From: Chthoniobacterales bacterium
Lineage (GTDB): Bacteria; Verrucomicrobiota; Verrucomicrobiia; Chthoniobacterales; Chthoniobacteraceae
DNA: 43,368 bases
Reading direction: 5' to 3'
NCBI GenBank assembly: GCA_038207335.1
Contig: JBBQZX010000036.1
Location: forward strand, 1-43,368
Shown here one piece after another: positions 17,986-26,603 of this stretch (within the stretch, counting starts at the first letter, position 1; the number at the start of each line of letters is the position of its first letter). The notes beneath the pieces were generated by a model. It did no database searches, was not told where the DNA came from, and saw only the letters and a list, made by a program, of their open reading frames with translations. Made by a program: the position numbers and the translations under genes.

Positions 17986-18226
17986 AACTGCTTATTCTTT
18001 CTGTTTTGCTTTGCCGCTCAGTGAGGAAAATCGGTGACGGTTCCCGGTCATCGGATTTCAAGTCGTCACTGAAGTTTCTCCAACTCACTGACAGGCTCCC
18101 CAACTCCGAATTCTCGAACTAAGCTGTGTTCTGTTTTTCGGGGCCGGAGTTTAGGATTCCCGCATTCAAAGCAAAGTGAATTCTTGGCGCGCATCGGTCG
18201 TCTGGGACACGATAAGATTCTCGATC

Positions 18227-18604
18227 ATGCCATTCGTCCTCCGCATCCTCGCCAGCCTGCTGCTCATCGCCTCCGCCGCATCCGCAAAGGAATTCAAACT
18301 CTACGCCGTGCTGCTCGAGGACATGCCCGCCGAACTCGCGGACGGCTCAAAATGGCAGATGGACAAAGGTGATGTCTTCCCGGTGCTCATGTATAAAGAG
18401 ATGCAGACGAAAATCGTGCTTCAACTCGCGGGGACGAATTTCTGGACCGACACGAAGCGCGTCCGAATCTTGAAAGACAGCGAAGTGGCCGCCGCGATCG
18501 ATCGGTATCGCAAGAACGTCGAGGCGTATTTGAAGACCGATTCCGAGAAGCAAAAAAAACAGCTGCGCGCCGCCAGACCGAAGTCCGAATCCGATGCCCG
18601 CTGA
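18227..18604 (+). CDS. Hypothetical secreted protein
   Basis: Signal peptide ending ASA-K; normal codon pattern; overlaps start of the glutaredoxin gene. Confidence 0.7.
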   Translation: MPFVLRILASLLLIASAASAKEFKLYAVLLEDMPAELADGSKWQMDKGDVFPVLMYKEMQTKIVLQLAGTNFWTDTKRVRILKDSEVAAAIDRYRKNVEAYLKTDSEKQKKQLRAARPKSESDAR

Positions 18605-18848
18605 CCTCCGACTTTTTGTGAAAGTGTGGTGTCCGTGGTGCGTGGACGCGCAGGAATGGCTCGACGCCCGCGGTTTCAAATACGAACTCGTCGACGTCGA
18701 GCAAAGCCGCGCCGCGATGGATGAGATGGTGGATTTTTCCAACCAGCGCCGCACGCCGACGCTCGTCGTGGATGATGAAAAAGTGCTCCCCGATTTCGGC
18801 CCGGACGAACTCGCCGCCTTCATCGACAAGCACGGCATCGAGCCGTGA
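18594..18848 (+). CDS. Glutaredoxin / NrdH-like redoxin
   Basis: CPWC active site; TPTLVV cis-Pro motif; 84 aa. Confidence 0.9.
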   Translation: MPADLRLFVKVWCPWCVDAQEWLDARGFKYELVDVEQSRAAMDEMVDFSNQRRTPTLVVDDEKVLPDFGPDELAAFIDKHGIEP

Positions 18849-18945
18849 CGAAGGGTGCTTTTCACCACAAAGTCACGAAGGTGGACGGCGGTGACCGAGC
18901 ACTGAAAACTTGGCGGTTCCGCGCGTTGGCGGTGTAATCGCAAAA

Positions 18946-19764
18946 GTGCTCTCAAATTTTCTCCTCATCCTCGGCGTCGCTGCGCTGAGCATCGCGCTCC
19001 GCACCGTGCACCACACCGTGCCGCAGAAGGTCGGGGCACTCGGCATTCTCGCGACCTCGTTTCTCATCGGGTGGCTCGTCACCGGCCAATGGATCGCGGG
19101 CCTCGTCTGCGCGCTGAGTTGGTTCCTTTTGCCGTGGCTCGAAATCCTCACTCGCATCCGCAAACTCACGCTGCCGCTCGAGAAAAATCTCCGGCACAAA
19201 CACGCGCCGAATAGCACGACATTCCCCGCTCTCGCCGAGCTGAGCGAAGAGATCGAGAGCGAGAGCTTCGAGCACATCGAGGACTGCGGCTGGGATTGGG
19301 AGGAATACCAGCAGTTCTTCCGCCTCTTCTACAAAGCAGATGCTCGTACTCAGGCAGCCATCTGCCTCATCGATCAGCACAACGTCGCATTTTACTATCT
19401 CAGCGTCTCGTCTCGAGCGAAAAACGGCACGACGTGGACGACTTGGAACTACCCATTTTCCTACAGCCTAAAACTCGTGCCGCAGTGGAAAGTGAACCGT
19501 CTCCGCGGCGACAAATCTTTTTTTCAGCTTCACGAAAGTCACCGCGATTTCCTCCGCGCAAACGGCGTGATCGCCGAGGATCTCGATGCGCTCGATCCCG
19601 AGACGATCCACGCCGAAATCCAAAAAGATCTCCGCGCCCAAATCGCCCACAACATCGCCGCTGGCGTGCTCACGCTCGGCTCCGATGGTGAAGTCCGCTA
19701 CTCGTGGCGCGGCCTGTTTTTCATTTGGATTCAATTCCTCCGAGACCTCGTGCGGCTCTCCTGA
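18946..19764 (+). CDS. Hypothetical membrane protein
   Basis: Three N-terminal TM segments then a soluble domain; GTG start inferred. Confidence 0.7.
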   Translation: MLSNFLLILGVAALSIALRTVHHTVPQKVGALGILATSFLIGWLVTGQWIAGLVCALSWFLLPWLEILTRIRKLTLPLEKNLRHKHAPNSTTFPALAELSEEIESESFEHIEDCGWDWEEYQQFFRLFYKADARTQAAICLIDQHNVAFYYLSVSSRAKNGTTWTTWNYPFSYSLKLVPQWKVNRLRGDKSFFQLHESHRDFLRANGVIAEDLDALDPETIHAEIQKDLRAQIAHNIAAGVLTLGSDGEVRYSWRGLFFIWIQFLRDLVRLS

Positions 19765-19777
19765 GCCGGACACCGCC

Positions 19778-20689
19778 ATGAGCCGAATTCAAAATTCAAA
19801 ATTCAAAATTCAAAATTGCTCCATCGACCGCGTGATGGTCGAGGAACGTGCCGCGTCGTTCACCAAGCGGAGCATCAAGGCGGGCGCGAAACTCGAGGGG
19901 CTCAAGTTGGTCGTCTCAATGATGGACCTCACCACTCTGGAGGGAAAAGACACGCCGGGAAAAGTCGCATATTTGTGCCGTAAGGCGATTCAACCGGCGG
20001 AGGCGCGGTTCGATGTGCCGAGTTGCGCGGCTGTCTGCGTCTATCCAAATCTCGTGCGTGCCGCGAAGCAGTTCACACGCGGCTCCAGCGTGAAAGTCGC
20101 CTCCGTCGCCACCGCATTTCCCAGCGGTGCATCGCCTCTCGAGGTGAAGCTCCACGACGTGCGGATGGCCGTGGAAGCAGGCGCGGATGAGATCGACATG
20201 GTCATCGATCGTGGCGCATTTCTCGCCGGCGAATACCAGCAAGTCTTCGACGAAATCGCGGCCGTGAAAGAAGCGTGCGAGACCGCGCACCTCAAAGTCA
20301 TCCTCGAAACTGGCGAACTAGAAACCTACGACAACGTGCGCCTCGCCAGCGACATCGCCATGCACGCCGGCGGTGATTTCATCAAGACGAGCACCGGAAA
20401 AGTCGCACCCGCCGCAACGCTGCCGGTCACGCTCGTGATGTTCGAGGCGATCCGCGATTTCTTCTACGCGACCGGCAAGCGCATCGGCATGAAGCCCGCG
20501 GGCGGCATCCGCACTTCAAAGGAAGCGCTCGCCTACCTCGCCATGCTCGCCGAAACGCTCGGCGACGACTGGCTCACGCCCGACCTCTTCCGCATCGGCG
20601 CCAGCACGCTCGCGAACGACGTGCTCATGCAAATCGCGAAACTCCGCGACTCCCGCTACCAAGCCGCCGAATACTTCGCGCTCCCATGA
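19778..20689 (+). CDS. deoC: Deoxyribose-phosphate aldolase
   Basis: DLTTL, AAVCVYP, FPSG, GADEIDMV, LKVILETGEL, DFIKTSTGK, KPAGGIR, FRIGAS. Confidence 0.95.
   Translation: MSRIQNSKFKIQNCSIDRVMVEERAASFTKRSIKAGAKLEGLKLVVSMMDLTTLEGKDTPGKVAYLCRKAIQPAEARFDVPSCAAVCVYPNLVRAAKQFTRGSSVKVASVATAFPSGASPLEVKLHDVRMAVEAGADEIDMVIDRGAFLAGEYQQVFDEIAAVKEACETAHLKVILETGELETYDNVRLASDIAMHAGGDFIKTSTGKVAPAATLPVTLVMFEAIRDFFYATGKRIGMKPAGGIRTSKEALAYLAMLAETLGDDWLTPDLFRIGASTLANDVLMQIAKLRDSRYQAAEYFALP
19786..19817 (+). repeat. Heptamer tandem repeat (AATTCAA)x4.5 within the deoC 5' end
   Basis: aattcaa aattcaa aattcaa aattcaa aatt, encoding IQNSKFKIQN. Confidence 0.9.
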
Positions 20690-20871
20690 TCATGGTGCGC
20701 TGCAACCGAACGCGGTCCGGTCACTGCATTCGCCCGGCGGCGCAGACGAATCCAACGATTCAGTGAACGCGCACCCGCGCCTTGCGCACTTCGAAAGGAG
20801 CAATGTTCCGTAATCGATTGGGCTCAGCAGACCTCGAACGCGAGTCCAACTACTAAAAGTACGCTTCCCCC

Positions 20872-21684
20872 GTGCGCACCCTCATCCACCTATCCGATCT
20901 CCACTTCGGTAAAACCGATCCGCGGGTCGTAGCGGCGTGCAGGACACGGGTGACGGCGCTGGAGCCTGATCTTATCGTGGTCTCCGGCGATTTCACTCAA
21001 CGCGCGAAAATCGTGGAATTCGAGCAGGCGCGCGACTTTCTCGCCACGCTCCCGGGTGAAAAGCTCACCGTTCCGGGCAACCACGACATTCCGCTTTGGA
21101 ATGTCTGCGCGCGCCTTTTCACACCGCTGCGAAACTACACACGCTTCATCTCACGCGACCTCTCACCGATTTATCGCGATGCGGAAATGGTCGTCTTGGG
21201 CATTAACACCGCTCGCTCGCTGACTTGGAAAGACGGTCGTATCAACCGGGAACAAGCCGCCGAAGCGCGCGCGCGGCTCTCCGAAATTGGCGCCGGAGTC
21301 ATCAAGATCATCGTCACGCATCACCCCTTCGACGACGGCGACCTCAAGCACGAAGACGAACTCGTCGGACGCGGAGGAATGGCCATGAAAGAATTTGCCG
21401 CTTGCGGCGCAGACCTGCTGCTCGCCGGCCATTTTCACACGAGCTACACCGGCGGGACTGCCCGCCGGTACAAGATTGCCGGGCATTCCGCGCTCGTGGT
21501 TCAAGCCGGCACCGCCACCTCCACACGCCTCCGAGGTCACGCAAATTCCTTCAACGTGCTCCGCATCGACCCGCCGCGAGTCGAAGTTGAAATCCTCACA
21601 TGGCTGCCTGATCGCAGCGAATTCGAGACCACCGAAACCAAGCGCTACGAGCGAATCCCCGGCACCGGCTTCACCCGAATCTAA
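20872..21684 (+). CDS. Metallophosphoesterase (calcineurin-like, CpdA/Icc-related)
   Basis: HLSDLHFG, SGDFT, PGNHD, THHP, LAGHFH. Confidence 0.9.
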   Translation: MRTLIHLSDLHFGKTDPRVVAACRTRVTALEPDLIVVSGDFTQRAKIVEFEQARDFLATLPGEKLTVPGNHDIPLWNVCARLFTPLRNYTRFISRDLSPIYRDAEMVVLGINTARSLTWKDGRINREQAAEARARLSEIGAGVIKIIVTHHPFDDGDLKHEDELVGRGGMAMKEFAACGADLLLAGHFHTSYTGGTARRYKIAGHSALVVQAGTATSTRLRGHANSFNVLRIDPPRVEVEILTWLPDRSEFETTETKRYERIPGTGFTRI

Positions 21685-21770
21685 GGTTGTACCGCGGCGG
21701 CGCTGCGGCTGAAAACTCGCGCTCTTAAAACGAGGCGTGAAATCTTAATGAACCAGCGCCTCCCAACATC

Positions 21771-23270
21771 ATGAAACTCCTCCCACTCGTCCTCGCCCTG
21801 CTCGCCACCGTCGTCCACGCAGCCGACACACCGAGGCCAAACATCATTTTTCTTCTCACCGACGACCAGGGCTACGGCGACATTTCCGCGCACGGAAATC
21901 CCGTTCTGAAGACGCCATATTTTGACGCCCTGCGCGCGGAAAGCGTACGCTTCACGGACTTCCACGTCAGCCCGACTTGCGCGCCGACGCGTTCAGCACT
22001 GATTACCGGACGGCACGAATTTCGCAACGGCGTCACCCACACGATCCTCGAACGCGAACGCCTCGTGCCGACTGCGATCACGCTGCCCCAGGTGCTGCAC
22101 ACGGCGGGCTACACGACCGGCATTTTTGGAAAATGGCACCTCGGCGACGAACCCGCATATCGCCCGGATCGACGCGGCTTCGACGAAGCCTTCACGCACG
22201 GCGGCGGCGGGATCGGGCAGACTTATCCGGGCTCGTGCGGCGATGCGCCGGACAACGGCTATTTCGACCCGGCGATCCTGCACAATGGGACGTTTGAAAA
22301 GACACACGGATACTGCACCGACATCTTTTTTGCCGAGGCCACGAAATGGATCGCGGCGCAAAAAGATCGCGCCCCTTTCTTCTGCTGGCTCGCCACGAAC
22401 GCGCCGCACGCGCCCTACATCGCGCGCACCGAGGACCGCGCGCTCTACGCCGGCCGAGGACTCGGCGACGACACCGAAAACTTCTTCGGCATGATCCACA
22501 ACATCGACGAAAATCTCGGCCGTCTGCTCGCGCAACTCGACGCCTGGGGCATCGCGAAAAATACGATTTTCGTCGCGATGAATGACAACGGCGGAACGGC
22601 GGGTGTAAAAGTTTTCAACGCCGGAATGCGCGGCCAAAAAGTGACGCCATGGCTCGGCGGCACGCGGGCGTTTTCATTCTGGCGCTGGCCTGGAAAATTT
22701 ACACCCGGAGACCGCGCCGCGCTCACCGCGCACATCGATTTTTTCCGCACCATCGCCACGCTCGCCGGAGCTAAACTTCCGTCCGAAGCCGACGCGCAAA
22801 TCGAAGGGCGCGATCTCGTCCCACTGCTGGAAAATCCCGCCGCTCCGTGGCCCGAACGCACGCTCTTCACTCACGTCGGGCGCTGGCCAAAAGGTGACGC
22901 ACCTGCGTTTGGCAAATATCGGAACTGCGCCGTCCGCGACCCGCGTTTCACACTGGTCAGCGTGAAAGGCGCGGAACACCCCGCATGGGAACTTTACGAC
23001 GTGCTCAACGATCCCGGGCAATCGAAAGATATCGCGGCGGAACGGCCCGCAGAAGTCGAACGCCTCTCGGCAAAATTCGAGACTTGGTGGACGTCCGTGC
23101 AGCCTCAGTTCGTGAACGAAACGGCAGTCGGCCCGGCGGTAAATCCATTTAAGGAGCAGTATTGGAAGCAGTTCGGCGGCAACCCGACGCCAGAGGACTT
23201 GCGGCTCATGGACCCCGCCCGCATTCCGATCCTCAACGGTCAAAAGCGCCCTGCGAATCCGAAGAAATGA
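21771..23270 (+). CDS. Arylsulfatase (Cys-type), secreted
   Basis: Signal peptide; PNIIFLLTDDQGYGD, CAPTRSALITGR, GKWHLG, PHAP, DNG. Confidence 0.93.
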   Translation: MKLLPLVLALLATVVHAADTPRPNIIFLLTDDQGYGDISAHGNPVLKTPYFDALRAESVRFTDFHVSPTCAPTRSALITGRHEFRNGVTHTILERERLVPTAITLPQVLHTAGYTTGIFGKWHLGDEPAYRPDRRGFDEAFTHGGGGIGQTYPGSCGDAPDNGYFDPAILHNGTFEKTHGYCTDIFFAEATKWIAAQKDRAPFFCWLATNAPHAPYIARTEDRALYAGRGLGDDTENFFGMIHNIDENLGRLLAQLDAWGIAKNTIFVAMNDNGGTAGVKVFNAGMRGQKVTPWLGGTRAFSFWRWPGKFTPGDRAALTAHIDFFRTIATLAGAKLPSEADAQIEGRDLVPLLENPAAPWPERTLFTHVGRWPKGDAPAFGKYRNCAVRDPRFTLVSVKGAEHPAWELYDVLNDPGQSKDIAAERPAEVERLSAKFETWWTSVQPQFVNETAVGPAVNPFKEQYWKQFGGNPTPEDLRLMDPARIPILNGQKRPANPKK

Positions 23271-24859
23271 GGGTGCCGGTTGGTTTCGCAGCCGCCCTTA
23301 TTTTTGCTACTGGGCTGACTCACGCCGTCGATGTCGTCGTTTATTCCGGCGTGCCTTGCGGCATCGCGGCGGCGGTCATGGCGGCGCGCGGAGGGGCGAA
23401 AGTCTTGTTGATCGAACCCTCGAAGCATGTCGGCGGCATGAGCACCAGCGGGATCAACACCGCGGAAAGCGAGCACATGTTGAAGTGGACGATCGGCGGG
23501 TTCGCCGATGAATTCTACCGCCGCCTCGGCGCGCACTACTGCACTGGGAAAGCAGAGTATTTCTTCGAGTCGAGCATCGCCGAGAAAGTTTATCTCGAAA
23601 TGATCGCGGAGGCTGGCGTCGAGGTGCGCTTCGGCTCGAGTGTCGATGCGGTGAAAAAGGAGGGTTCACGAATTGCCGGCATCACGTTGACCGATGGGGC
23701 AAAGGTCGATGCGAAGGTCTTCGTGGATGCCAGTTACGAAGGCGATCTCATGGCGCGAGCCGAGGTAAAATATGCGATTGGACGCGAGTCCAAATCGGAG
23801 TTTGGCGAGGAAACCGCGGGTATCCGTTTCGACAACACGGCCCACACGGCGCGGACCGTGGATGCCGATGGAAACTTGCTTCCCGGCATTAGTGCATGGG
23901 CGAAAGACCTCCCCGAAGGCGGCGCGCATCGGGGCGTCATGAACTACAATTTTCGCCTCACCGTGGCGAAAGATCCGAAGCTGCAAATGCCCTTCCCTGC
24001 CCCGGCGCGTTACGATGCAAAGCGCTACTCGCTCCTCGCCGACTGGCTGCGCGATCAGGCGGCACGCGGCAAGCCCGTAAAGCTCACCGACCTCATCGAT
24101 CTCTACGCGCGCCGGAATGGAAAGTTCGAGATGAACAACCGGCAATCCGCGATTTTCTCGCTCGGTTATTTTGGCGGGCAATTCGACTGGCCCGATGCTT
24201 CCTACAAGCAACGCGCTCGCATTTACAACGACCACCTCGACTACACCCTTGGCCTCCTACAGTTCCTCGCGAACGATGATTCCGTGCCGGAGAATGTGCG
24301 CGCCGAGATGAAGTCGCTCGGCCTTCACAAGGCCGAGTTCGCCGACAATGGAAACCTCCCGTATCAGCTTTACATCCGGGAAGCACGCCGGATGCGCGGC
24401 GCGTACGTGATGACGCAAAACGACGTGCAGAAAGATCGTCGGAAGCCAGACAGCATCGGCATGAGCAGCCATTTCATAGACTGCCACCACGTCCAGCGAG
24501 TGGCGCTAAATGCGGACGAATTCGTCAACGAAGGCCGCATCTGGCGGATGGGCTTCGCTTATCAAATCCCGTTTCGCGCCCTCACGCCAAACCCCACCGA
24601 ATGCACGAATCTTCTCGTTCCAGGAGCCGCGAGTTACACGCACGTCGCCTTTTGCACGCTGCGCCTGGAGAGCGTCTGGATGATCGCCGGGCAAGCCGCC
24701 GGAGTCGCCGCAGCGATGTGCTCGAAAAGCGGCGCCGACGTACAAAAAGTGGACGTGCCGGAGCTACAGGCGAATCTCCGCGTGCAGAAACAAGTCGTCG
24801 ATTTCATCCCCGGGCTGCCGGAGAAATGCGAGCATCTCAACGGTCCGCCAGAGTTCTGA
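23267..24859 (+). CDS. FAD-dependent oxidoreductase (FAD_oxidored type), secreted
   Basis: DVVVYSG..GIAAA, GGMSTSG, DASYEGDLMA, YIREARR, LRLE..WM..GQAAG; ATGA overlap with the sulfatase gene. Confidence 0.85.
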   Translation: MRVPVGFAAALIFATGLTHAVDVVVYSGVPCGIAAAVMAARGGAKVLLIEPSKHVGGMSTSGINTAESEHMLKWTIGGFADEFYRRLGAHYCTGKAEYFFESSIAEKVYLEMIAEAGVEVRFGSSVDAVKKEGSRIAGITLTDGAKVDAKVFVDASYEGDLMARAEVKYAIGRESKSEFGEETAGIRFDNTAHTARTVDADGNLLPGISAWAKDLPEGGAHRGVMNYNFRLTVAKDPKLQMPFPAPARYDAKRYSLLADWLRDQAARGKPVKLTDLIDLYARRNGKFEMNNRQSAIFSLGYFGGQFDWPDASYKQRARIYNDHLDYTLGLLQFLANDDSVPENVRAEMKSLGLHKAEFADNGNLPYQLYIREARRMRGAYVMTQNDVQKDRRKPDSIGMSSHFIDCHHVQRVALNADEFVNEGRIWRMGFAYQIPFRALTPNPTECTNLLVPGAASYTHVAFCTLRLESVWMIAGQAAGVAAAMCSKSGADVQKVDVPELQANLRVQKQVVDFIPGLPEKCEHLNGPPEF

Positions 24860-24875
24860 AATCGATGCCGGCCTC

Positions 24876-26513
24876 TTATTCGCAAATACACGCGATGCGG
24901 AAGCCCACGTCGTTGCCCGAGTAATCCGCTGGCTCCGAATGCCGCGCGCTCGCGCGCACATTGCTCGCGCGCGACTTCCAGCTCCCGCCACGGTAAACGC
25001 GCCGCGCACCCTGCGTCGGTCCGCGCCGATTCACCCGCGGAACCCCGCGATACGTCTCGAAAAAATCGAGACACCACTCGCCAACGTTTCCCGACATGTC
25101 TTCGATGCCAAAAGGGCTCGCGCCGCGCGGAAAAGCATCGACGGGCGAACTTTCCGCAAATCCATCGTCGATCACCAAATCGCGCCATGGGAAATTCGTG
25201 CGCCGATCCGCGAAATTCGCGTAGTGGCCTGCGTCGAGTTTTTGTCCCCATGGAAAAATGCGACCGTCGCTTCCTCGCGCGGCGTATTCCCACTCGGCCT
25301 CCGTCGGCAGACGATATTTGCGTCCCTCGCGCTGCGAGAGCCACTGGCAAAACCGCTCCGCCTCGCGGCTGCTGGCGAAGACCACCGGGTGCTGTTCATC
25401 CGCCCAAGTTGGCCGCCGCATGCGATGCGTCGGATCGAATTTCTCATACTGCTCGTTCGTGATCGGATACTTCGCCAAATAGAAACAGCCAATCGTGACA
25501 GAAGTGATTGGTTGCTCGTTGTGCGAGGCATCCGGAGAGTCGCTCCCGAGTTGAAATGCGCCTGAGGTGATCAGCAGCATCTCGCCGCCAATCGAGTTTT
25601 CGTAGTTCGGATACCGCAGCTTCTCCTGAGTCCGGGCGACCGGTGAAATATTGATCGTCGCCGCGGTGACCATCGGTTTCTGCGGAGGCGCGGTCTTCAG
25701 CGGCGCGAATGCAGCCGACGTCTTCGGAGCGGAAGGCGCCCCGCGCATGGTCGGCTCCGGCTTGAGCTGCATCGGCTGGTTGCTCGCATGCTCGAGATAC
25801 TCGTCGATCAAATCTTCCGCCTGTCCTCCGGTGAGCCCGAGGCTTTCGCCCATGTTACACATCGCATCGCGCTGATCGTCCGTCATGTCATCACCGTCGA
25901 GGCACAGCTTCGAGAGGCGCAGCATCCGCCGAAACTCCTCGGACGGATCGCTCGACGCATGTGCCGCTGAGGCCGCAGCCGCAGTCAGGGGTGCAAAGGC
26001 CGCAATCGCCGAAGGCAACGCGCGCTCCCCACCGATCCGCTCAAGTTCCGCGTTCACAACACCCGCCATTTCTTCTCGTGAAAGGCCGAGATCGGTCCCT
26101 GCGACATAAAGCCGCTCTTCCGCCTCGGGCGTCAGCTTTTTGTCGATGAGTGCAAACGCGAGAATCTTTTTGAACTCCTCGATCGCGCGCAGAACCGCCT
26201 CGGCATGAAGCCCTGCGTCGATGAGAGCGCGCGATTCCGCATTGAGCAATTCGGTGCGCGCTTCCGCCAGCAGCACCGGTGCTTCGTCAAGCCCTGCTCG
26301 CAGAAGTTGCGCGAGCGGATTACTCGGTTGATTTTTGAGCGGCAGCTTTTTCTGCCACCACACCAGAAGCTGGCGGCAGTTATCTTCGATCTGCTCCTCG
26401 TTGGCATTCGAATCGAAGCCAAGGCAAAGCCGTTCGTAAAAGTTCGGAGAATTGTAGCTTTTCCACCCGTCCCACCGGAGGGGATTGTCGGGCAGTGGAT
26501 TTGGGAGGGGCAC
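24876..26513 (-). CDS. Protein with N-terminal J-like domain, two helical repeats and a C-terminal FGE-sulfatase (SUMF1)-fold domain
   Basis: C-terminal RLPTEAEWEYAARG, FPWG, DMSGNVGEWC, RGGSW, GFR; N-terminal NFYERL...IEDNCRQL...LAEARTELLNAESRALID follows the DnaJ helix pattern. Confidence 0.8.
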   Translation of the reverse strand: MPLPNPLPDNPLRWDGWKSYNSPNFYERLCLGFDSNANEEQIEDNCRQLLVWWQKKLPLKNQPSNPLAQLLRAGLDEAPVLLAEARTELLNAESRALIDAGLHAEAVLRAIEEFKKILAFALIDKKLTPEAEERLYVAGTDLGLSREEMAGVVNAELERIGGERALPSAIAAFAPLTAAAASAAHASSDPSEEFRRMLRLSKLCLDGDDMTDDQRDAMCNMGESLGLTGGQAEDLIDEYLEHASNQPMQLKPEPTMRGAPSAPKTSAAFAPLKTAPPQKPMVTAATINISPVARTQEKLRYPNYENSIGGEMLLITSGAFQLGSDSPDASHNEQPITSVTIGCFYLAKYPITNEQYEKFDPTHRMRRPTWADEQHPVVFASSREAERFCQWLSQREGRKYRLPTEAEWEYAARGSDGRIFPWGQKLDAGHYANFADRRTNFPWRDLVIDDGFAESSPVDAFPRGASPFGIEDMSGNVGEWCLDFFETYRGVPRVNRRGPTQGARRVYRGGSWKSRASNVRASARHSEPADYSGNDVGFRIACICE

Positions 26514-26536
26514 TGAGAATTTGTGATTTAAGATTA

Positions 26537-26600
26537 AGCATTTATCATTTGCGCCGCAGCCGGAAATGCCCGCCGACGCGAGGAGGAAATGCTAAATGCT
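26537..26600. repeat. AT-rich heptamer-built inverted repeat between the hsp70 and J-like/FGE genes
   Basis: AGCATTTATCATTT (26537-26550) vs AAATGCTAAATGCT (26587-26600): 13 of 14 bases complementary. Confidence 0.65.
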
Positions 26601-26603
26601 AGA

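Noticed and set aside
20803..20856. 17-codon uORF with AAAGGAG upstream of the metallophosphoesterase
   Set aside because: SD-to-ATG spacing is only ~2 nt and there is no attenuator-like structure
24876..25010. Diversity-generating retroelement target (FGE/C-lectin C-terminus)
   Set aside because: No template repeat or reverse transcriptase seen in the window
21771..26513. FGE-domain protein as the maturation enzyme of the neighbouring sulfatase
   Set aside because: Catalytic cysteines are absent, and the gene belongs to the convergent Hsp70 unit
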